From: Felis catus
Taxonomy: Eukaryota
DNA: 64,000 bases
Direction of reading: 5' to 3'
NCBI RefSeq assembly: GCF_018350175.1
Contig: NC_058368.1
Coordinates: 106,084,001 to 106,148,000, forward strand
Below, piece by piece: positions 49,283 to 61,475 of this stretch. The translations under genes were made by a program, and so were the position numbers. Position 1 is the stretch's first letter; each line of letters starts with the position of its first letter. The notes below the pieces were generated by a model that worked only from the letters and a program-made list of their open reading frames with translations, made no database searches and was not told where the DNA came from.

Positions 49283-49655
49283 TTTTTTTTTTAATTTTCC
49301 TTCCATACATTGTTAGATTACTTTCAGGTGTACAATTTAGTGATTCAGCAGTTTCATAAATCACCTGTTGCTTATCACAAGTGCCCTCCTTAATCCCCAT
49401 AACTTATTTCACCCATTCCCCACCCATGACCCCTCTGCTAACCATCAGTGTGCTTTCTATAGTTTTTCCTTTGCTTATTTGTTTTGCTTCTTAAATTCCA
49501 TATATGAGTGAAATATTATAGTATTTGTCTTTCTCTGATGTATTTCACTTAGCATTACACCCTCCAGATCCATCCATGTTGTTGCAAATGGCAAGATTTC
49601 ATTCCTTTTGAGGGATGAATAATATTCCCGTGTGTGTGTGGGGGGGGGGTGTGTG
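49283..49655 (-). mobile_element. Second carnivore L1 3' end, truncated at (GT)n
   Basis: tttcaggtgtacaatttagtgattc...gttgcaaatggcaagatttcattc. Confidence 0.9.
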
Positions 49656-50249
49656 AGTTAAAACAGGTTTAAGAAAAAAACACTGTCTTGTTTTTACCTT
49701 AGCTAGGGTACTTTTGTTCTAATTCAATTCTTTTAAAAGTGGTGCTTATTATTTTTAGTAAGTAATAAATGACCATAATTTAAATATTTTCATTGCACCA
49801 CTTCTAATGATAAAAGTACTCCACCTCAGGTCTCATTGCCAAAGGCTGCTACTTCCATAACTTTTAGTTACGATTTTTATAATTAATGGAATTCTGAAAC
49901 TCTTCCCAAAATAGTTAAACACAATAGGTAATCAGAGAGTTCTATCTCCCCTGCCTCCCCAGATCCCTTCTTGAGTCTGAACTCAAAGTTTGTCCTGACA
50001 AATCCCTTCCAGTCACCTTGGTAAATCTTTCCATTCGTGTGCAGCCCCAGTGCCCTGAATCCTGGGTTCCTCCCTCTTGGCTTACAGACTCTGTTTTAGT
50101 GGTCCACATGCTCCAGCAACTTCTTGCATAGATCCAGATAAGAGGCACAGTTGCTGATGATGATACTTATGTAGTTCTATCTGCTTGATTGGAGTATCCT
50201 ATTTTAGGTGGAAATAATTTTCTCTCAGAATTTCAAAGACACCTCTCTC

Positions 50250-50468
50250 TTTTCTTTTCTTTTTTTTTTTTTTTTCTTTTTGAGACAGAGAGAGACAGAG
50301 CATGAACGGGGGAGGGTCAGAGAGAGAGGAAGACACAGAATCCGAAGCAGGCTCCAGGCTCTGAGCTGTCAGCACAGAGCCCGACGCGGGGCTTGAACTC
50401 ACAGACCATGAGATCATGACCTGAGCCGAGGTCGGACGCTTAACCGACTGAGCCACCCAGGCGCCCCC
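50250..50468 (-). mobile_element. Can-SINE
   Basis: TSD acacctctctc. Confidence 0.97.
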
Positions 50469-50639
50469 ACACCTCTCTCCTTTCAACACCGAGCATGGTA
50501 CCTGGTACAAAGTAGGCACTAAACAAATCATTGTTGAATGAATTATTTTCTAGCTTACAGTGTTGCTATTTTGCAAAGTTCAGCACGGCATGCCCTCCTA
50601 ATGACTGCTCCTTCAAAGATATGGAACCCTAGTTCTCTT

Positions 50640-51310
50640 TTTGGAACTTTTAGGATTTCCTCTCACCTCAGAGATGTAATATTGCACAGTGATGTGCATT
50701 GGTATATATTTTTTTAAATTTATTCTATAATGCATTCAGACAGCCTTTTTAATACACAGATCTAGGTAAGTTTTTTATTATGGAAAATTATTATACACAT
50801 TTTTTGGTAATTTCCCTTTCTCCATATCTTCAATTTATTTTCCTATAATATTTTTAAAATATTGACTTTCTTGGTGCGCCTGGGTGGCGCAGTCGGTTAA
50901 GCGTCCGACTTCAGCCAGGTCACGATCTCGCGGTCCATGAGTTCGAGCCCCGCGTCGGGCTCTGGGCTGATGGCTCAGAGCCTGGAGCCTGTTTCCGATT
51001 CTGTGTCTCCCTCTCTCTCTGCCCCTCCCCCATTCATGCTCTGTCTCTCTCTGTCAAAAAAAAAAAAAGTTGAAAAAATATTGACTTTCTTGAGTAGATT
51101 GTCAAATTCTTAATGCTTTTTTTTTTTTTTTTTGGAAATTTTTATTACTTGGAGTTTTGGTTCTTTTTTTTCTAGGTGGTAGGTTCCACTTTGTCTTCCA
51201 ATCCACTATTAAATTTTTTCCCACTATTAAATGTTAAAATACTGCTGTGACTTTTTAAACTGCCAAGAACACTTTCTTGTTTTAGATGTAAACTACATTG
51301 TTTATCACAT
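50640..51310 (-). mobile_element. HAL1/L1 ORF1-like decayed fragment
   Basis: cacagtgatgtgcattggt...ggtaatttccctttctccat resembles HAL1 antisense. Confidence 0.5.
50873..51078 (+). mobile_element. Young Can-SINE (SINEC_Fc-type)
   Basis: TSD aaaatattgactttcttg. Confidence 0.97.
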
Positions 51311-51339
51311 GAGTCTAAAATTCTGGCTCAACCTTTGGG

Positions 51340-51725
51340 CTGTGGATATATATATTTAGGAGTTGTCCACATAAGTAGAATTTAAGGTTATGAGACGAGA
51401 TAAGATCATCAAGGAAGGGAAAGGAGACAGAGGGTGAAATGCAAAGACAAAGACTAAGGCATCTAACTTTCAGAGATCAGTATGATGAGAAAGGTCTAAG
51501 GTAGGGAATAGGCCAGTGAGGGAAGGAGAAGAAAACACACAGGTGTGTGGTGTTCCTAGAAGTCAAGGTGAGGAAGTGTTGCATGGCCAGAGGGTATGAT
51601 TATCTATGACACATGCCACTCAGGTCAAGTGAGATGGGAATGAGAATTGACTACTAGATTTACCAACAAGGGGGTCGTTGGGGCACTGTTGTTCTTGAAA
51701 TCATGCTATTTAAATAGAGCAATGG
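51340..51725 (-). mobile_element. L2 fragment
   Basis: gtgtggtgttcctagaagtcaagg...gagaattgactactagatttaccaaca. Confidence 0.7.
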
Positions 51726-51888
51726 GGGCAAAAGCCTGAGTGCAGCACAATGAGGAATGAAGAGGGGAATGGATATTACAGAAGAGATTGCAGTCCTCCG
51801 GTTTTACCATACGGAAGAGCAGATACGGAGCTGTGGGGTTAGGGGAATATGGTGTTTATGGAAGGCTTTCCGAAAGAGAAGGGAAATA

Positions 51889-52028
51889 TGGGGCGCCTGG
51901 GTGGCTCAGTTGGTTAAGCATCTGACTCTTGATCTCAGCTCAGGTCTTGATCTCAGGGTCATGAGTTCAAGCCCCACGTTGGGCTCCATGCTGGGTGTGG
52001 AGCCTACTTAAAAGGAGGGGAAAAAAAA
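51889..52028 (+). mobile_element. Short old-type Can-SINE
   Basis: Same structure as the 41089 element. Confidence 0.92.
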
Positions 52029-52959
52029 TGAAAGAATGGGGAAACAGATGCTTCCCAGAGAATGGCAGTGCCTGTCAAAAGCTATGGAAATTGGTGAGTT
52101 GCAGTTGTGAAGATTTTTATTAGATGAGATACAGCACAAGATTTAGGTGATAGGAAATTTTCATCAAAAGATACACCATTCATCAAAATAATCGTACCTA
52201 TATTCATGATATTTACTGAATATGAAGCTAATACAAAAGAGTGAATTTGGGTATAAATTAACTTGTGTTGTGTTTCTCATTACACTCACCTACTACTTAC
52301 CGGTATTTAATCATCCTAACTTCTTTGCTCAGGATGTTTTTCACAAGTTTCTGATACAAACTGCTCTCAGGTGTCGAGGGGGCAGTAGTTTAGTTTACAA
52401 GCCCTTGCCTCAAGGGTACACTGAAAGGACTTACTGTGCTTGTGAACTGCCTAATATGTCCCAGACTGCTTTCTCCGACCCCTCCAGCCTTTGACCTTGA
52501 CTTCTCAAAATCAGCAGCAGACAATGCCACTTGTCTTCTTAGGGACATGCATACCCAGGCTGTGTCGATTTCTTTCTTCTTCTTGTGAGGAAAGGCCTTC
52601 CTTGTGCTTTGTAATACCATTTTATTATGCTCGGGAGAAACGGCTTGTTAGAAGAGCCAGCTTTTTCTTCTATGAAAAACTTAGGGCTTAGTGTCAACAC
52701 AGCACGGCCATTTTTAAACAGAGCCTTCCTCTCACAGAGGAGACCTCAAAAGGATGTGATAAGAGGTGTAATAAGAGTGTACTATTGATCAAGTTACTGA
52801 AATTCTCTGAGCATCAGTTTCCCCTGGCCTCCAAACCTCCCGCCTTCTCAGTCTGTATGCTTTGTGTGGCTGAGCCCGTGGATTCAGTAACTGCCAAACA
52901 TCAGATTGATCACAGACTTGTATCTCTGGCAGTGTTCCTCCGACGTCCCACTGTCCTTT

Positions 52960-53260
52960 GCATCCACATAAAACACTTTAAAATCCTTCCTCGATGTGAT
53001 CTGCAAAGCCACACATGAACTGGCCACAGCCGACCACTTTGAGCCTCATCATGCACCACAGGCCCTTTGCTTTCTACGCTCCATACACATTGGATTTCCT
53101 TCAGTTCCTTGGGGGCACTGTGCTCTACCCATCCCCTGAGCGGTTTTGTGTATGCTCCGCCCTCTATCTGGAATGTTCTTCTGACTCTAATTCCTTTTCC
53201 ATTTTTGCCTTGTTGACGCCTAATCTAATTCAGATCTCTGGTAAATACTGCCAATGCCCT
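52960..53260 (+). mobile_element. L2 fragment
   Basis: ccatacacattggatttccttcagttcctt...cctctatctggaatgttctt. Confidence 0.65.
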
Positions 53261-53783
53261 ATCTTAACTGTATACACGGACCCTAGGAAATTTTGTATCA
53301 TCTTGTGACATCCAGGATTTAAAAATCATACTCTCGTGAGAGCCTTCCTAGGTTCCTGACTTGCTGTTTTTGGCTGTTAGTTTCTCTCATTTTTATTTGA
53401 ACTAGTAATTGAAAAGAAGCAACATTGTATCACCTGTTTTTTGGTTGTAACAATGCTCTGCATAGTTGTCCTTAAACATTACAAGGAAACAGTTTTACTG
53501 CATACAGGTACACATTCTTATGAATACCCACAGGTAACAACCTTCTACTAAATCTTTGTCAGAAAGTGTTTCAAATATCAGTTTGTGAAACATCAGTGTG
53601 TACAAATATCAGAACGCGATCACGCAGGACATTCCTAACTGCCTGACAGACTCAACACTAGGAATAACACTGAGGACAGTTTTCCTCCTTCCCTTCTTCT
53701 CAAGGCGCAAGCTTTCACGCCTGGAAGACCATCACCTATGCTGGAGATCCTTTCACTACAAAGGGATCATTTTGAATAGGGGC

Positions 53784-54045
53784 TGTATTAGTTTCCTAGG
53801 CCTGTGGTAAACAGAAATACCACAAATGAGGGAGAGGGTGCTTAAAACAACTGAAATTTACTGTTTCTCAGTTCTCAAGAACAGAAGTCTAAGATCAAGG
53901 TGTCAGCAAGGCCGTATTCCCTCCGAAGTGTGTAGAAGAGAATCTTTCCCTGCCTCTTCCTAGTCTCTGGTGGCTTTCCAGAAATCCACGGCACCACTTA
54001 GCTTGTAGTTCCTGTGATTCAGTCTCTGCCTTCGTCATCACAGGG
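53784..54045 (-). mobile_element. MLT1 (MaLR) LTR fragment
   Basis: tgtattagtttcctagg...cttaaaacaactgaaattt...agatcaaggtgtcagcaaggcc. Confidence 0.88.
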
Positions 54046-54299
54046 AGATGAATAAGGTTATAGAATTCTTCGGATGTGAAATAAGCCCACCAAGGGGAGG
54101 GTGGAATTGACTTTAAAGAAAACTAATGCAAAATTTGTTTCTGGTGCTAAAAACAACTGAACTTCTTGGGTAGGATATAATACTCTGAAAAGGATCAATG
54201 AGTTGGCAGGAGAGTAAACAATTCTCAGTCTAGGGACTGAGAACTATGTGGGCCACTGTGGCTGGATTTCAGTCTGAGGATATTTGTTCAACTACATTA

Positions 54300-55010
54300 A
54301 AATGAACTTTGATTTTCATGGTCTCCTATGACTGAAAAGTCAAAGTCCAAGTTCCACCCATGGTGAGGAGACAGATAGATAAACTCGCCCTCCCCGTACA
54401 ATGGAGACTCCAAATGGCAACAGCCTCAATGTAAAAGTAGTCTGGGAAAATTGCATCCCCAGTCATGAGTCTACAAGGAACATCAACTTTCCCAAACAGG
54501 TGCTGAATGGGAGGGAGAACAAACCTATTGAGAATGTATAACCACAAACCAACCCTAACATGCATGCACTTGAAGCCTAAATACACAGCACTTGGGTGGT
54601 CAGAAAACTCAAGCCAAGAATTTAATTTAGAGTGATCCCAAATTATTGGGATGCCACAGACTCCCTGGAAGAAGCCAAAGCAGATCTCCACAAGAACCAA
54701 TCGCCATGCCAGTCCTCAGTGGATTTCCATAATAAACCTGAAGGCAATTGGGAAGCCTGTAATCAAAAATAACTAAACAGACACCATGAGGAAGAACTGG
54801 CAGAAACAGACTCTCCAAATTTTTAGGACAATGAAATATCAGATAGCATTTATAAAATATATTTGATCTCTTATAAGACATAAAGCCATATTCAAAAATA
54901 TGCATAGGATATGAGGAACTCTATATAACAAATGACCACACAGCTTTGAAAAATAACCAAATAAAATTTCTAGAAATAAAAAATATAATTGGAATAAAAA
55001 AGTCAAAGAA
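54300..55010 (+). mobile_element. Old L1 (L1ME-type) 5' region and start of ORF1
   Basis: caccatgag...cagaaaca...; aaccaaataaaatttctagaaataaaaaatataatt = NQIKFLEIKNII coiled-coil motif. Confidence 0.7.
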
Positions 55011-55612
55011 CATTTTACACCCAAAATGTGGAAATTTAAATTGGCATAATCAACTCAGAAAATAGTTTGGCATTACCTATGGATGCAAAAATATGTGTAG
55101 TCTGTAACCCAGCCATTCTACTAATAGGTAAATTCCTTAGGAGTTTACCTGGAACTACACATAAGCATGATTTACATGGACCAGGATACTTGTGGCAGCA
55201 CTGTGTTGTAATAGCTAAGAATTGGAACAATCAAAATATTCATCAGTAGTAAGATGGATAAATAAATTTGGTATAATCTTTAAAAAGCAATGTTTTATAG
55301 TAATGAGAAATAGAAGTAAATAAGCAATACATATGTATCAGCATATTATATTAAAAACGTAATGTTTTTTTTAAATGCTTATTTATTTTTGTGAGAGTTA
55401 GTACAAGTGGGAGAGGGACAGAGAGCAAGGGAGACACAGAATCCAAAGCAGGCTCCAGGCTCTGAGCTGTCAGCACAGAACCCAACTTGGGGCTTGAACC
55501 CTAAAACCGTGAGATCATGACCTGAGTTGAAGTCGGATCCTTAAGTGACTAAGCCACCCAGGCATTCCTAAAATCATAATGTTGATTGAAAGAAGCAAAT
55601 CACAAAAGAATA
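55011..55612 (+). mobile_element. L1ME-type 3' end
   Basis: acccagccattctact; gcagcactgtgttgtaatagc; gatggataaataaatt; ataatgttgattgaaagaagc. Confidence 0.8.
55363..55568 (-). mobile_element. Can-SINE
   Basis: Full element within L1ME. Confidence 0.94.
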
Positions 55613-56256
55613 GGAGGCCTTGCATTTAGCTTTGTTCTGCTACTTTGTGGCTCCTAAGGTACATAGCATTAGCTAATCCTTGATAAATTACATCAGTTGT
55701 TTTGGCAATGGAATTGCATGTATATTTGGAGCTGTTCAGGTATAAAATTCCATAGCTGGTGCTATAGAAATCCTGTTCTTTGTGGCTGAAACAGCTGTTT
55801 CTTATTGTGTGGTTATTTTTAGAAACATCATTGTGAATGATTGTAATGATCATAAAATTATCTAGTAGCAGGCTTTGTGCTCATGTCAGCCTTAATATGG
55901 ATGAAAAGCAGAGATGCCCAGAAGACCATGAAAATATAAGCTCCTGTGAGATCACAGAAGTGGGGATGAGACTGAGGGTTGAGAAATGAGGAATTGAAGT
56001 CAATTGGGTTTATATGCTTAAATTGCAGAATGACCCTAAGTAGTGGGTGAGTTATAATCATAACAGTGTTACAATTAAAATGCAGAAAATTTGGACACAT
56101 CAGGGTAAAACACCAGGATAAAAAATTAAAAAACAAACAAAAAAAGATGATCATCCTTACCCTCAACAGCAATGTGGAATAGATGTTGTAAAACATCTGA
56201 TAGTGTACATTTGTTGTCATTGTAAATGGTGGTGGATTCAGGGATAATTTTGAGTC

Positions 56257-56692
56257 TTATATTATTAAATTATATTATTAAATTAAATTATATTTATATT
56301 ATTTATTAAATATTATTTATTTATTTTGTAAATATATTATATTTATTATTTATTAATATTTATATTATATTTATATTTATATTATTTATATTATATATTT
56401 ATTATAATTTTTATATTTAATTTAGTATATACTTAATTTATATGTTATATATTTATTATAATATTATATATTATATAATATATAAATATTATATATTTAT
56501 TATAATATTTATATATTATATAATATATAATATTATATATTTATTATAATATTTATATATTATATAATATATAATATATATTTATTATAATATTTATAAT
56601 ACTTATTAAATATTATAAATATTATATGTTTATATATAATTATATTATTAAATTAAATTATATTTAATATTTATAAAATTTTAATAGTATAA
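56257..56692. repeat. Near-pure A/T tract with 44-bp tandem unit
   Basis: Only a handful of G/C in ~430 bp; identical copies at 56487-56530 and 56531-56574. Confidence 0.95.
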
Positions 56693-56694
56693 AT

Positions 56695-57810
56695 CAGTGA
56701 CTAACTCAATGATATCTCATTACTTTTTTTACATAAATGCTTGCGATCTACTCTTTCAGCAAATTTCAATTAGACATACAATATTGTATATACATTAGAT
56801 CCTCAGACCTTATGTGTCTTATAACTGAAAATTTACCTTTTTACCAACCTCCCCTTATTTCCCCCACCCATTAGCCCCATGGCAACTACCATTCTATTCT
56901 GTTTCTGTGAGTTTGACTTTTTTAATTCACATATAAGTGAAACCATGCAGTATTTGTCTTTCTCTTTCAGTCTTACTTCCCTCTAGTTTCATCCATGTAG
57001 TCACAAATGACAAGATTTCTTTTTTTTAAAGACTGGATAATATTTCATTTCATATATATACATTATTACATAATGTATATATATATGTGTGTGTGTGTGC
57101 ATGTGTGTGCGTGTGTACACACACATTATCTATATTCTTTATCTCTTCATTCCTAGGTGAATGCTTAGGTTGTTTCCTTACTCCAGTTGTTGTGTGAATA
57201 ATGCTGCAATGCACAAGGGAATACAGCTATTTTTTTTTTTTTACCTTTGGATATATACCCAGAAATGAGATTGTTAGGGCATGTAATAGTTCTGTTTTTA
57301 AGTTCTTGGGAACACCCATACTCTACCATAGTTGCTGTACCAGTGATGCTAACAAGGGTTTCTTTATCCTTGCCAACACTTTCTATCTCTTGTCTTTTTG
57401 ATCACAGCTATTCTAACAGGTGTGAGATGGTATCTCATTGTGGTTTTGATCTGCATTTCCTTGACAATTAGTGATGTTGAGCACTTTTTCCTATATCTGT
57501 TCACCATTTGTGTGTCATCTTTGGAAAAACGTGTATTCAGGTCCTTCGCTCATTTTTTTCTTTTTCTTCCTTTTTTTTTAATGTTTATTTATTGTTAAGA
57601 CAGAGAGAGACAGAGCACAAGCAGAGAAAGAGCAGAGAGAGAGGGAGACACAGAGAGAGAGGGAGATGCAGAATTAGAAGCAGGCTGCAGGCTCTGAGCT
57701 GTCAGCACAGAGCCCGACGCCAGGCTGGAACTCAGGAACCTTCATGACTTGAGCTGAAGTTGGATGCTTAACTGACTGAGCCACCCAGGCACCCCATTCA
57801 CTCATTTTTT
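56695..57810 (-). mobile_element. L1MA/L1MB-type 3' end
   Basis: tctactctttcagcaaatttcaa; ggcaactaccattctattctg; ggtatctcattgtggttttgatctgcatttcc. Confidence 0.9.
57554..57795 (-). mobile_element. Can-SINE with small internal duplication
   Basis: gagagagagggaga repeated. Confidence 0.94.
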
Positions 57811-58041
57811 TTCAATTGTCTTATAAGGAAACAGTTAAACTTGTGAGATCGTTGCTGTGCTTCAGAGGTTGAGACACCTAATGTCACTTTGAATTTTTCT
57901 TGCTCTAAGATCAGGGACTGAAGAGTCCTCTAAATGCCCAAAGAATCCATCTTGCATTCTTTAAAATGGGATATTAACTATAATTGATATATTCTCCCTT
58001 CTCAAATATGCTAAGAGAATTACATTAAAATTAACCTTGGA

Positions 58042-58236
58042 GGGGCACTTGGGTGGCTCAGTTGGTTAAGCGTCTCGACTTCGGCTCAGGTCAGAGCCTC
58101 GCATCAGGCTCTGTGCTGACATCTCAGAGCCTGGAGCCTGCTTTGGATTCTGTGTCTCGCGCTCTCTCTGCCTCTCCTTTGCTCATGCTGTCTCTCTCTG
58201 TCTCAAAAAATAAACATTTAAAAAATATATAAAAAA
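58042..58236 (+). mobile_element. Can-SINE with internal deletion
   Basis: caggtcagagcctcg junction lacks the usual tgatctc...gttc segment. Confidence 0.93.
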
Positions 58237-58755
58237 TTGATCTGGGATCATAAAATGAAAATAATATAAATTTGCAGCAAAGAACATTTTATAGCTGTAG
58301 GAATGGTTTCCTCATGTATTATAAAGTCCCGAATTCTAAGTCTTATAACTCAGGATTCAAAAGGGCTCCTTGAACAATTTTGAGAATTTTTTTTTCAGAG
58401 ATAAAGAAAAGAACCTCTTACACTTCCTGGCCTTAGGGTAGGTTGGCAAGCCCAATAGAAAAGATTTTTAGAAGAGATACAAAATTATTTCTTTAGCTAG
58501 ATATTCACAGAACGTATCTTTCTCTATTGATTCCTATATACTTTGAAAGAGAAAAGGAAACATTTTCTTCACTTTTAGTGGTACTACTAATTCTTACTAA
58601 TATAGTACCTGATAGTAAGGATCGACAAAAAATTAAGATTCTGTTTATGACCACCCACACTCATCCTTTTTATGTTTCCTTTAATGGAACCTAACATTTG
58701 GACATGTCCAATTATGTCCATTTATGGTGCTAGACTTTGGATTTATTTAGAAATT

Positions 58756-58979
58756 AATTTTTTAAATTTTTTTTAATGTTTATTTTATTTTTTGAGACAG
58801 AGAGAGACACAGCATGAGCAGGGAAGGGGCAGAGAGAGAGGGAGACACAGAATGTGAAGCAGGCTTCAGGCTCTGAGCTGTCAGCACAGAGCCCGACGCG
58901 GGGCTCAAACTCACGAACTGTGAGATCGTGACCTGAGCCGAAGTCGGACGCTTAACCGACTGAGCCACCCAGGTGCCCC
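58756..58979 (-). mobile_element. Can-SINE
   Basis: TSD tagaaat(t/g)aatttt. Confidence 0.96.
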
Positions 58980-59288
58980 TAGAAATGAATTTTAAAAGAT
59001 CACTTCTAAACATAAGAGACACACAAAATCAATTATCCTTTACTTACTCATTTTCTACCATTCTTCAATTTTTGTCCTTCCTAGAATCTACAGATGCAAC
59101 TAAAAAATATAGTTTCACAAACTGCATTTAAAAAGTTGCTAAAATGTAAAATAACCAGAGTAACAGCTAAACATAGGGACCACGCCACAAGCCTAACAAG
59201 GTACTTATCTATAAAGCCGTTCAACAAATTTTAGAATATTTTACTCTTTGAATTGGAGAGAGGTAACAGATACTTTAAATGTGGAAGG

Positions 59289-59353
59289 CCTTTCCTTCCT
59301 TCCTTCCTTCCTTCCTTCCTTCCTTCCTCCTCCCCTCCCTCCTTCCTTCCTTC

Positions 59354-59415
<62 letters not shown>

Positions 59416-59428
59416 CTTTCTTTTTTTC
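59289..59428. repeat. Compound (CCTT)n(CTTT)n microsatellite
   Basis: Direct reading. Confidence 0.95.
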
Positions 59429-60394
59429 TGCATTTCCAGTGTCTCTGTAGTGAAGTCCCTTTTTTTCTGATTCAAAACTGAGGTTTCAAGTAGTTAAGAA
59501 CTAGAGATCTTGAAGGAGTTATGAACAATATCCTCCATTAATCATTAGTATCTGCAAATGATGCTAATAATCAGAGCTGTCACTGAACATGAAAAGATTT
59601 CAGATCTTCATATAAATCAACTGCTTAAAAATTATTTTAAAAGATTTGTCCTGACTTCATACAGACAGCTTGATGAAACTTTAAAAAATGACTTGCTAAT
59701 AAGGAGATGATAAACTCAGGTACTGATGATACATTTAGGAGATCTAATCAATAATTGCACAAAATGAGAAATCTTTAGTATCATCTCTTTCCACTTTCTC
59801 AAGTGGAAATATAACACTCCTTCCTTTTCCCTGCATCTCCTTATTTGGCTGTAGCTGTCTGTCCTCCTGGGACTGCCAGTTACTCTAGAAAGTCTTCTAG
59901 GCGAGACATTACTTGCCTAGCGCTTAGAGAAGAAGCAGCAAATTAGAAGTTTCTTTCCAGTGTCAGGGTTTAATAAATTTCATTAACACCATGCCCTGCA
60001 CAGCTCCTTGCCTCCTCTCCCCATCACCGGTTGCTGCATCTGATGGAATAGAGAAAGATGGTTTGGTGGAGAAGAGGAGAAGTGGAGGGCAAAAAGGCAG
60101 AAGGGTCTGTCCAGACCCCAGTGTTGTGGTTTGCTCAGAAAACCCAGCTTTCGTCTTGCTCTAGACCTTGTTTTTCTGGGAACACTTGGATGGAGAGAGT
60201 TAACCTGAGGGTTTAAGTGCATTCCTAATTTTTTTCCAAGTACTTCTATCATAAGAACCTTTGCCTGGGTGGGTTAACAAACACACAAAAACAATAGAAC
60301 TACTTTGGCCTTACAACTTTCATGTCTTTTTTTGTTTATTTTAGTTTTTGTATTTTATCATTTTTAATTCGTTTTATTTTATCCTATATTATCT

Positions 60395-60778
60395 TATTTT
60401 AATTTTAATTCCAGCGTCATTAGCACACAGTGTTCTATTAGTTTCAGGTGTACAATGTAGTGATTCAACAATGCCATATATTACTCAGTGCCCATCAAGA
60501 TAAGTGTACTCTTTATCCCCTTCATCCATTTCCCCCCATCCCTCCACCCACCTTCCCACTGGTAACCCTCTGTTTGTTCTCTCTAGTTAAGAGTCTGGGG
60601 TTTGTCACTTTTTGTTGTTGTTGTTCATCAGTTTTGTCCCTTAAGTTCCACACATGAATGAAATCATATGGTATTTGTCTTTCTTAGACTGGCTTATTTC
60701 ATTAAGTATTATACTGTCTTGATCCACCTATGTTGTTGCAAATGGCAAGATTTCATTCTTTTTTATGGCTGAATAATA

Positions 60779-60823
<45 letters not shown>

Positions 60824-61475
60824 ACAACTTCTTTATCCATTCATCAGTTGACGGACTCATGGGCTGCTTCCATAGTTTGGCTGTTGTAAATAATGCTGGA
60901 AAAAACATAGGGGTTCATATATCCCTTAAAATTAGCATTTTCAAATTCTTTAGATAAATACCCAGTCACACGATTGCTGGATCGTAGGGTAGTTCTATTT
61001 TGAATTTTTTGAGGAACCTCCATAATGTTTTCCACAGTGTCTACACCACTTTGCATTCCTGCCAACGGTGTAACAGGATTCCTTTTTCTCCACATCTTCA
61101 CCAATACTTGTTTCTTGAGTTTTTGGTTTTAACCATTCTGACAGGTGTAAAGTGGTATCTCATTGTGGTTTTGATTTGCATTTCCCTGATGATGATGTTG
61201 AGCATTGTTTCACGTGTCTGTTGGCCATCTGTATGTCTTCTTTGGAGAAATGTCTGTTTATGTTTTCTGCCCATTTTTAATTAAATTATTTGTTTTCAGG
61301 GAGTTGAGTTGTATAAGTTCTTTATATATTTTGGATACCAACTCTTTATCAGGTATGTCATTTGCAAATATCTTTTCCCATTCAGTAGATTGTCTTTTAA
61401 TTTTTTTGATTGTTCCCTTAGCTGTTCCTAAGCTTTTTATTTTGGTATAATTCAAATAGTTTATTTCTGCTTGTG
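60395..61475 (-). mobile_element. Carnivore L1 3' ~1.1 kb with internal (GT)n
   Basis: ORF 61258-61455 [30 protein letters not shown] = mammalian L1 ORF2; typical 3' UTR. Confidence 0.95.

Noticed and set aside
54326..54905. 124-aa and 92-aa minus-strand ORFs, considered as a possible endogenous viral element
   Set aside because: Better explained as the antisense of an old L1 5'/ORF1 region
1198..59022. Recurrent ORFs such as MAQSVKRPTSAQVMIS... and ...RETEHERGRGRERGRHRI...
   Set aside because: Translations of Can-SINE sequence, not genes
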